A DNA stretch of 64,000 nt from Balanoglossus misakiensis. Taxonomy: Eukaryota > Animalia > Hemichordata. The notes under the pieces were generated by a model that worked only from the letters and a program-made list of their open reading frames with translations, was not told where the DNA came from and did no database searches. This document shows positions 54,101 through 64,000 of this stretch, piece after piece. The number at the start of each line of letters is the position of its first letter. Within the stretch, counting starts at the first letter, position 1. A program made the translations under genes and the position numbers. Location: contig CM082583.2 in assembly GCA_040954595.2 (NCBI GenBank), forward strand, positions 5,144,849-5,208,848, given 5' to 3'.

Positions 54101-55933
54101 TCTAAATAGCGATGATTCAAGAGCCCTTACAAAGCTCCCTGGGGTTGATTTTACGACGCGAGAAAATAAATGTACAATTTTATATTCGACGTCATACAGT
54201 ACTGGGTCAGCTTACATAAGCGAAAAGTATATGGCTAACGCATTAATATAGGGGGAGTAAACTAACTTCAAAATCTTCACAGAAATATCGCGTTATTTGG
54301 GGGGTGGCGCTAGTCGGTTGCATGGAGAACGTCAAAGTGACTTTCTGTTGTGAATGCTGTTTGTAATTGTCGTGTGTGTATCGTGACAATGCCTCGCGCT
54401 TCGCTGTGATAATTCGCGACTCTACACCCCAAACAGATGCAACTCCGTGACAATACATAAGTTCGTGAGAGTTTTCAGCGCGCGTGCGTCAAAGGGTGCC
54501 ACGAGGGTGAGAGTAGCGGGTAACCGATACCGGCCTCTCCTCGCAAAATGCAACAAATAATCACGGTCGCAATCCTCCCTGTTTAGCTCGGTTGGTGTAA
54601 ATGCACTTGGCGGTGACCGAGCCGAAGCATATCCGATGAGATGGAAGGCGGAATTCGCCGCTTAAGGGGAACCTATATAGATCCAATTACGCGGTTCCCT
54701 CCAAAAAAAAAACCGATGTCTTGATGAAAGCCAAGCACTCTCGAAAAAGCGTCGAAGTGTAGACGCTGTTTGTTCTCCCTAATAACCAGGGAGAGAAATA
54801 GGGCCGGTCAAAGCGCTAATACAAATATCATTACAGAGCGACAACCCGAAGTCATTACGGCGAAGCCTCTTGCTTTTTAGATTGGCAATCTGCGCGCCAT
54901 CCATCTTGCACAGATAAACACGTCAGAAAAGCACGTTGTCCTTCTACAGGGTGCGGGTGAGATATTTTAAGGATGGTTGTGATTTCTCCTCGTGTTTGCT
55001 GCCCCCCCCCCCTAGTCATTCCACACGCAAAAAAAGACACCCCTAATATTATAGAAGGTGAAATGCATTGCCTATATCTGAAGGCAGATATCAGGAAACA
55101 GGATTTCGCTATCGCCGCTGATACGATTCTGCGTCGATATAATGAGACCCTTTTTTATCGATAGCAGATATTAACCAGCGTGGTCCAGACGTACGCTTGT
55201 AAGACTTAGCTAGATATTCCGCGATATCCTTCTCATACCCATCATCATTTTGCGGACGCGGAGATTAGCGCTAATCCGTGGCCAGCTACCATGTCGCTAT
55301 CTATACGTTACAATGCATTTATACATCGCATCGCCCACATCCCAGGGTTATCTGTTCTTTATTTTTTTGTTATCGATACAAAAACAGGTGATCTTCTTGA
55401 TGAAATGTAGCCAGGGGAGACCGCAGTATCATTGTCAACGTTGATCCTCCACTATAGTACACTGTAAGTGGATTGTGTCACAATACCAGCAAACTTCAAG
55501 TGCATCGGGCTGTTTTTTAATCCAGTATTTTATAGGCGGGGTTCGTTCGTAAACGAAAGCCGGCCAAGCCCACGGGTAGGATTTTTTCCTCCTTTCAGGT
55601 ATATTTGTATTTATCTCATCAACCTCTGCTACGTGGATTACGTGAGTTTGATCCATTTTCCATCACGTGAAAACCGTCAGATGTTGGGAAGGGGGGGGGG
55701 TGACAACAACGGAAATTTCCACGGGTTCCGAGACCTCGTTGTCAAACTCTAATCTCGTGTCGAGGAATGTCCAATTTTTTGACAAACGACGGCAAAAAAA
55801 AATTGAGTTACGCCCTTCAGAACAGACTCATGGAAACCGGTCGCGCCATAACGCAAATATAATCATGTAAAAAAAACGACCGGAATACCGCAGCCGGTGC
55901 CTCGACCGCGATCTCTTGCCTGTAGTTAATCTG

Positions 55934-56224
55934 ACATTAAGCTCCGTCATTTGCGGTTAGGTCGTTTATTGGCTCTAAACCACACGTTAGGGATACCCCC
56001 TGAATAAAAAATATAGAAAAAAAGGGCTCCGTGGGGACAAAAGTCGGCGATGACGTCTTGATCTCGCACTTCCCAAATACCACAGTTTCCCACCCCTGTC
56101 TTGTTGGATATACATTTTTTGCGGTGGAGTAATTACGAATAATATCAACTGCCTTCCATGAACGATATTGGGTGAGGAATCCGTGAGTGGAATAACCAAG
56201 TAAGCAACCAACTAACGAACACAA
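55934..56224 (-). repeat. Dispersed repeat family A, copy 3 (inverted)
   Basis: Minus strand reads TTGGTTATTCCACTCACGGATTCCTCACC...ATATTATTCGTAATTACTCCACCGCAAAA...AAGTGCGAG...CAAATGA..TAATGT, collinear with copy 1. Confidence 0.85.
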
Positions 56225-58901
56225 ATGCGTTACGTTGTATATACAACAATGTCATAAATGGATGAGGTGTTGATGAAGGGTGGCGAGGGGAGCAGCAATG
56301 TATTGAAGAGCAGACAGAGAATTTTTTTAGATATCACGGAGGTGAAATTATTCCGAGTATATCCCAGGTTTGCCTAATATAGAACGATTCCGTTGTTGTA
56401 GTCATGGTCTAATAAGTGGAAACCAAATTGAGTCATTGCGTTGACTATTGGGTATAATATCATTAAACCAAACAGCTGTTTGGATTATTTATTTTCTTAT
56501 GATTTTTTTTATACATTTTTTTCTTCGTGTACAAGGCAAGAGGCTCGACAATCTCGATATAAGACCGCACGTGCAAGAGAGACCCATATTTTGCTGCTGT
56601 TATCCGCTTTGGAGTAGTCAGTGTTTTTGTGGTACATCAAAAAACTGTAAGAAGATTTTACCAAAAGCTCTTACATTAACAAGCGGCACACCGTGCGCCA
56701 CGGGGGAAAGCGGACCCCCTAGCTTCCCGGGAGTGACTCGGGTCGTTGTCTCGGCACAGGATCAGATTCGGCAGACATTGCCTACAATTAGTTCACACTC
56801 CATTTAGAGAATGTCGCCCGAAAGTTCAGGATCGGCCTACAAAATCGCAAATGGTGTTTGCACGTCCTCGCTCTGTGTATTCTTCTTTGGCAATAGTCGT
56901 GACCCCAATATTCCGAGCACAGGCGCAGTCGAACAATGGGAGGCAATTTTGACCCGCGGGCGAAATTGGCAGAACTAACTTTAACGTTGTTGACTCGCCC
57001 AAAATCTGTGCGTCGCCCAATAATTGAGATTGTTACAGGCAGTTATGAAAAAAACATAAAATTAATGCGGTTTTCTGCTGTGAATAGCCACATATTGTCC
57101 GGCTTATATAAACCAATATAGCTTCCATCGTGTTTGCATTCGGTAAATGGCAGAATTATGAATGCCTGGAAAGCATAAAAAACACACGTCCTCACCGCGA
57201 TAACCGCATTGATTAAGTTGGTCGATTGTACCGCTAGCTTGGCTGAGAATGCAACACACATATTCCGGATAAACTAAGTTTCCCCTTAATCACGTTCGCC
57301 GTAGTGCTGTTAATACCCATTGATAATTAAGTCTGAGCGTGTGAGGGGAGCCAGCAGGTCGCGGTTCAGGGGGGAGGGCCGTTATGTGCGCTGAGGGGGG
57401 ACACAGACATTTGAAAAAAATGTAGCCTCGCTATTTCACCCATCATGTACATCGTCTATCACGCTTTCGTTAAAAAAAATCTTGTTTCGCAAGTTTAGAC
57501 GGAATTGACACGTTTCTCCCATTGCTACAGCTGATTACAAGTGCCCTGTCAGAATTGAAGGTCGTTTACAGAATCTGATGGCGCAGGCCGTCATCTTTTG
57601 TCGATGTCTCCAAACGCTGACCCCATCTCCCCTCTCTCTCAGAGCGTGTGCAGCTCTGTGCAGTTAATGCGTCAGACATATTTTCAACAAAAAAATACTG
57701 TCGATCCACTTATGCCTCATATGCGATCGATCCTTTCAGCGTTTTTTGTCTGAATGTCTCTTTGTCTGTCTTTCATTCTCACTTGTTTTCTACCTCTGTC
57801 TCTTTACATATATATGTCTGTCTCCCTCTCTGTGTGTATATATCTGCCTGCCTGCCTGCTGCCTTTCTCGAGTGTGATTTTCAACACGATTGACGATAAC
57901 GACACACAAACAATAGCAACGTTACGGAGACGATGTTCTTCCTAAAACATATAGTGCATCGTGCTCATATTCAACATCAGTTCGCTTTGTCGACCTCCCC
58001 CCCCCCCCCACCTTTTAACGCTTGGAAACTTACGCTGACAAGTAGTCGAATGCCAATCGCCATAGAAGCAAACCAACATCGCTGAAACAGAAACTATACA
58101 TTATGCCATTGGTGGTGAGGTTGGTGGGGTACGGGGAGCGAGTGAAGAGCGAATCGTGTCGGAAACACACAGTTAACTCAACAGATTCACCTTGAAACTT
58201 TGGGTTGTGATGGTGGTGGTGACGAGAGTGATATTGGTATTGTGATCTTGCGGGGGGGGGGGCAGAAAGATGGGGACACTGATGTTGCTATACGGTCACG
58301 TGACAGTTGACATAACGCGACTCTAGAAGAAGAAGTGATTATCCAACTTCTCTTGATTAATTACGCATACAGATTAATTCCATGCAATTTACCACCTTCA
58401 AAATAATTAAGATTATATAATGCTGACAATCCAACATGGAATTTGTCTGTTAAACTGAATTAATATGGCCGGCGTTGTCAGCTCCCACGAGGGGAGAATT
58501 AACACCGAATTCATATCGCCGGGGCTGCCGCAGACAGACGCAAAAAGGCACCGCCTCAGATAATTCCGAATGTGTCGTTAGTTCGTCGCGCCAGAAATAG
58601 ATGGGGTTTCGGCTTGGAATCTCTCGCCAAATGACATCTGTCAGATTTGATAAAAACATCCTCGAACAGTGTATGATGAAAATGCCATCGCTCCAAAACA
58701 GCGTGTAGATAAAACTTGGCGCCCCTTGCAGATTGGTTTTAATTTCGGGGGGGGGGGGAAGTAACTTGTTACTGAGTCGCACATGTGATCGCCAACACAT
58801 TCAAACACACGCCAACGTGAATCTGCTCATGCTTTGTTATCTCTTGCTTCATCGCCCAAATTACACCGGAGAAAAATACGCAATTATTGAGGACATGCGA
58901 T

Positions 58902-58920
58902 TGACCAGGAGGGGGCGCTA
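58902..58920 (+). promoter_or_regulatory. CTCF-like motif
   Basis: TGACCAGGAGGGGGCGCTA closely matches the CTCF core CCASYAGRKGGCRS (one mismatch). Confidence 0.4.
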
Positions 58921-60154
58921 TACATCCCTACCCACTAACCCGTCGTGTGTTTGTCCAGGCTAATACTCGAACTATATTTGGCCCGGTTGTTTTTCCCATT
59001 TAATTCCAAAGATAACGGCGAGTAGAATCTTTTAATGTACTCCTTAAAGCCTCATTGTCGCAATTTTTGATTATTATATTTTTTATTATAAGAAATAATA
59101 CTGTTGAAATATGCTGCACCATGGCCAATAAAAACAATTAGTTTGAAAAAAAATACAGCCAATTAGAGATTCCACATTTCTCTGTTTTTTTGCCTTAATT
59201 CTGCTTAGACATTTTAGGAACTTTTAATCATGTTCAGAACATTGAGAGAACATGTATCCCATACATACGTACCCTCCCCCCCCCCCCATATATCAAAAGC
59301 TAAGGCAATTTGTCCCTGGACACTATTTATAAAAGATGACCTCGCAATGACATTGAATCACCGGAGTTCACTGACATACTTTTAAATGTTATGTTGTTTC
59401 AGTCCGACAGATAGGCATGTCACCGACGGCTGATACCGGTGTTTAAAAACAAAGTCATGTGTGTTCAATGTCGGACGGGGGCGCTATGTCATCAGCGCAG
59501 ATGTATAAAGCTTCTTGTTTGAATATTACCGACATTTTACCCAATAAATCATTTCAGGCAAAGCAGCCTTTCTGTCTATTAATTACCCTTTGCTATACTC
59601 TAAAATGTTTACTATGCCTTTCTGCCGCGATTTTTTTTATAATACTTTACCCATCTTTGGATTTTATTTTCATAAAATTGCAATTATAAAACTATCATTA
59701 TTGTTTTCGTCAACTGGTGTTTTGTTTTACTTTTTTTCGCGTCGAGGAAATGACTAGCTGCTAATTTCACGCATTCACGGACAAAAAAAATTCCTAAAAT
59801 TTTTACGTTTTTATGTATTTTATTCAGTTGAAACGCTTCCATAAGAGCGCGGAATGTTGATACTGTACGGCTTTGATAACCATGACTGACAGCGGGTCAT
59901 ATCCTTGCCAGAGCTGTATTACCCGGGCACATGTCAGGTGACCTCGGAGGCCGTGAACTCCATCAGCGAGCGCTCTCTACACTTTTCATATATGCGGTAT
60001 CCTTGGCAACCATTCTGCGAACTCACCGGCAATGATAGGCGTCTGTCGAATGAAATTCATTTGGCGCTACTCGAAAATACGCCACGGCAATTTTTGTTGA
60101 TTTCCGACTTTCTGATTTTTTTTTCTCTTCTGTCCCGCGCCGTCGCTATTATAG

Positions 60155-60213
60155 AAGAAAATTGACGGCAATCTAAAACATAGTGTACGCGAATTAATAA
60201 CCCGCCACTGGAG
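60155..60213 (+). other. Candidate internal exon (59 nt)
   Basis: Long T/C tract (about 60090-60135) before tattatag, consensus GAG|gtaagt donor; open frame KKIDGNLKHSVRELITRHW. Confidence 0.35.
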
Positions 60214-61759
60214 GTAAGTCTCGGCCAAGGTATCATGGCGGGAGGAATCTGAAATCAATTCATTTTGATTAGCCACCTTCAAAAGCATCTCAAAACAGGC
60301 TGACAGCTGATTTGGGGGCTACATTAGTGTCAGATGGGGGTGGCGACACTTCCACTTCTCGGCGACGAAATATTAAATTTTTCATTACGGTTTCAAATAT
60401 ATAGGTCAACATCAAAGCGAGTGGGGCCTGATCCGATTGCGTCGATGTAGTGCGCGGTAAATTGAACGTAAATTTCCCGACAAAATTCGGTTCTGCCCCG
60501 AACCAATTAGCCAGCGAGGTGTAACGAACTTTCCGCAATCAGGGCGAGTGGAATATTGCGAGTAATTTGTAACATTCACTTTTTCTGCCCTAACCTCATT
60601 AGCGCGCGAACCGTGCGTGCAGTCCCAGTCGCTCCGAGTAAATTTGCGATAAACTTTGTGTTTTAAACATCGCAAGTGCAGTTCTTGGCAGACAAGGAGT
60701 CGAAATTGGTATTTTCGTGTTCATCTGGTTGTTTTGCCAACCCTTGTTGCCCACCCGCACCTTAGGCGAGGGGGCACATAAGAATTCGCACTGCATATAT
60801 TAAGCGCAAATTTCGATTGAATATATTATGGCATTTTCACATGACGTGACCAACTCAAACCCGCCAAAATACCGTCGCGCAATCTCAGCAGTGTCTATGG
60901 CTTCCACTTAAGATGCATGAATTACCAATTTCATTTCGGACTATATTATCCATGCGAAACAAACTTGATGAAAAAAATTGTCGTAATTGAAGGTGGCAAT
61001 CGCCATTAAAGGTATCCGAGTGATTCTGATCTGTGGCGCCTCGTTTTTGTGGCTCCGAGAACAGTACAATCGGATGTAACAAATGAAAGGAGTTCACGTG
61101 GTGTTTTGGGGCGAATTTGCAAATGTAATGAGTCTTAAAATACCCATTTGTGGGGAGGTGGGTTTGAGAACGCAACGTCCTAAAAGTAATGTTCGGACTG
61201 AGAACCGGGGGGGGGGGGGGGGCAGCCCACTATAAACCAATTTTCAATTTTCAGCGAATGATATTCTCGCAATCCTGTCTGCCCCGGCGTACATTTCAAC
61301 CCTCCTCGTCCATTCACGGCGGTATCAGGGCTACCGTAACCGCGTGCGTGAGAGAAACGGCATTATTTCGATATCAGCTTGAGTAAAGTTAGTTTTATAA
61401 CGAGTATTAAAGTTGTTTGTCGCTATCAGCGCATCTGTATGTATAACATTATTACACTGTTCCGTGATTGGCCAGTGCACGTGAGTGCGCCGTCATAAGT
61501 CGAGAGAAGAAACCCTTTTCTTTTTATTCACTTGCCCAAAAATGGCCATGCTCTGATAAGTACTTAGTAAAAGTTGCCAAAGTTGAAATTCAGTTTATCA
61601 CACTTGGAACTAATGTTAAAATGAAAACATAACCTCTAAAATTACTCACAAATTCAATAAAACATTGTTTTTTAACCAGGAATATGTCACAAATTTCAAT
61701 GTTGATACGGATTCCTCAGTTCGAAAGAAACACACACACAAACGCACATACATACACAA

Positions 61760-62289
61760 ATAATACATTAAGCACGAGGAAGTGATTCTTTATTTAAATA
61801 TTTCGCGTATTGTTTATTCAAGTTTATATAAAAGGTATATAGAAATGTGCTAAAGTTCATCAGTTAATATGTAGATTTTAAAAATACTATACCCGCATAA
61901 TACACAGGGATACCCCACGGCATGAGATTGCTTATTAGTCAAGGTGAGGTTTAACAAATGTAGGAACAGACAGTACACCAATAGATACAAGAAGCGGACA
62001 ATTTGCGGGTAGAATGAAGGCCTGTCGTGCTGAGACAGTCTTTGTGGTTGTGGTAGGACCATGTCACGTGGCCTTTTGGGCGCAGCGTTTCAAACAGCAC
62101 AATCCCAGATTGTAAATGAAGCCAGACCTGTCCTTATTTTGTCAGGTTGTGTATTATAAATGTACAAGGCAATCCCTTTTTCAGCATGTGTGTCTTTTAT
62201 TTTCAGTGTACGTGTTGTAAAAAATAGATATTTTTCTGTGCATTTTCATGTTTCAGTATAATGTATTTTTTTTTGTAAAAAAAAAAGTG
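61760..62289 (-). other. Probable 3' UTR and polyadenylation region of the minus-strand gene
   Basis: AT-rich sequence after the TGA; AATAAA on minus at 62196-62201, 61813-61818 and 61789-61794, followed by a GU-rich downstream element (plus 61730-61760, CACACA...CATACAC). Cleavage site approximate. Confidence 0.55.
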
Positions 62290-62879
62290 TCACTTTCCGC
62301 TGCTGTAACTGCCATAACTCGTTCCGCTGGCAAGAAGCGGGTTACTTCCAGAATCGTAGAGGTCCAGCGAGTGCTCCAGCTGAATTGGCACGGCTTTTAA
62401 CTCGATGTCAACGGTTCCCATCGAATCATAGCGGACTGCGGCCGCCCCGTTCAGTCGTCCCAGGTCGTATCGGTCGTATCCATTGGGACCAGAGGGCGCC
62501 TTGTCGACCGCTTCCGACCCCGAATGCAACAGTTTTCTGGATATCCACGAATTTTTGCTAAAGCACATACAGCAGCCTTGGTCTTCGTCCCTCTCGGGCT
62601 CGACGTTGACCACCGCTTGTTGGTGGCCGGCAACTGCGGCGAGGCGGGAAGCCCGCCGGAGGAATTTGTGCAACTGTCTGACGTTCTCGTCATCGAATTC
62701 TGCGACAGCGTCGAAGCAGTAACTGCTGACGCTGCTGATGTCCCCGCAAACGATGACGTCACTGACATATCGGCTGAGGCTCTGGTAGTCTTCGACAAAA
62801 TCCTGCCGTCTGTCGTCCTTCTCGGCCATGGTCAAAGTCATATCCATATCGTGAATCACCATGGCGACACTGTCTTTAC
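62290..62879 (-). CDS. Terminal coding exon (~195 aa) of an uncharacterised protein; possible TIR-like alpha/beta domain followed by a disordered tail
   Basis: Longest ORF in the window with natural composition and GC-ending codons; acceptor tgtgtttttccccgtgccag|GT (phase 1) at 62880/62879; TGA at 62290-62292; poly(A) signals downstream. Reads GKDSVAMVIHDMD...YQSLSRYVSDVIVCGD...DDENVRQLHKFLRR...GSYSSGK. Confidence 0.8.
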
Positions 62880-63125
62880 CTGGCACGGGGAAAAACACAA
62901 CATCGTGGTGATGAGACCAACGAATTTAGCTTATAAACAAAAAATGTACAATAAAATTGACGCTGACCATCCTGAAGTCACTTTTCTCCGACATGAAATA
63001 GTATTGGACAATTGTGACACTCTGAACTTTCGTTACAGTGCCACTTGCTGGACTACCCGCATAATAACAAAGGCTGTTTTGTACAGACATAGACAACAAC
63101 TGAACAATGCTATCATATTAATTAG

Positions 63126-63333
63126 CTAGAATGCCCGTATTTGGGGGTAGCAGCCTAGACCCCGCATATCATCTAAAAATGGCGATCAGGAACTATTGTT
63201 CTCAAAAACTACCAATAAATAATGCCTAGCCCTTGCATGAATTTCAGCACTCGGTTCAAAGTTTGCAGCGCAAGGGCAGTGATGACGTCCTCAGATGCAC
63301 AGAACAGACGGAAGCCTCAATTTTAGTAATCGA
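63126..63333 (-). mobile_element. Non-autonomous Helitron-like element (~208 bp), intronic
   Basis: Minus strand starts A|TCGATTACTAAAATT, carries a TCCGTCTGTTCTGTG stretch, and ends with hairpin GGGGT-CTAGGCTGCT-ACCCC followed by ...GGGCATTCTAG. The base after CTAG is C rather than the canonical T. Confidence 0.45.
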
Positions 63334-64000
63334 TTCATCTATCAGAATAACATATGTTCTCCGATATAAAAATACACCTTAATTAACTTCGCTTTAGTCG
63401 CAGACATCGTGCTTGAGTCAGCAGGCTTAAATTATTGTGCACGTTGCGGTTTAATAATTTGCAAAATATTTTGTCCTTGAAACTAGAGCAAACTCTACCA
63501 CGGTCCCTGTAAACTGTGTAAAATTTTGAATACCAACATGCGAAATGATGCCATTTTAAAGAAAGCCACGTATAAATCACCATTAACAGCTAGTAAACGA
63601 TTGGCCATTACAATGGCTGCAAAATGTTGGTGATATTTTTAGCTCGCTTGCATGTAATTTGATTCTGTCAGAGTCTCGCCTATCAGATCAAACCCCTTAC
63701 AACCGAAACCGTTCGAACCAACGTGCGGATTTCTGGCCAAAACGGACTGTACGTAACGTGCGCTTTGCTGTTGTTGACAATTGGGTTTTAGTCCGGAGTA
63801 AAATCCAATAGCCAACCGTGGCAACGTTTGATGAAATATGTGAGGCGTGGGAGAAATCGTGAACGTGTATGTATGTGTCATGCGGGCTCTGCTGTTACGA
63901 CCATGCTATCAGCAATATGGATGACATGGGAGAATTTCCACGCGATATCGATGTGTTCTGATGCGTAGGACGGTGTCACATCATGGAGGGTCGAAAATAG

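Noticed and set aside
62524-63129. 201-aa plus-strand ORF
   Set aside because: Antisense shadow of the real minus-strand exon, extending into its intron.

Overview
Eukaryotic (metazoan) genomic DNA, mostly non-coding; no prokaryotic operons, CRISPR arrays, rRNA or intact tRNA are visible. Abundant CpG, compound tetranucleotide microsatellites, long G/C homopolymers and short degenerate DNA-transposon remnants suggest a non-vertebrate deuterostome (hemichordate/echinoderm-like); this is my impression, not verified. The only well-supported coding feature is the terminal exon (62290-62879, minus strand, ~195 aa) and 3' UTR of a gene whose upstream exons lie mostly or wholly beyond the window. 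Its N-terminal half has an alternating beta/alpha pattern reminiscent of an uncharacterised, possibly TIR-like, deuterostome domain. The other ~61 kb behave like a gene desert or large intron. They hold a three-copy dispersed repeat with a strongly conserved 23-nt core, a second two-copy repeat, a TTAA-flanked piggyBac-type MITE, Helitron-like elements, a degraded LINE 3' end, several orphan exon-like segments with good splice signals, and clusters of transcription-factor motifs (DR1, RFX X-box, K50 homeodomain, CTCF, YY1). Nearly all listed ORFs look spurious. I found no convincing novel multi-gene system. The best leads are the TIR-like exon, the conserved repeat core, a miR-133-seed hairpin, a five-hairpin cluster and a possible unannotated spliced plus-strand transcript.
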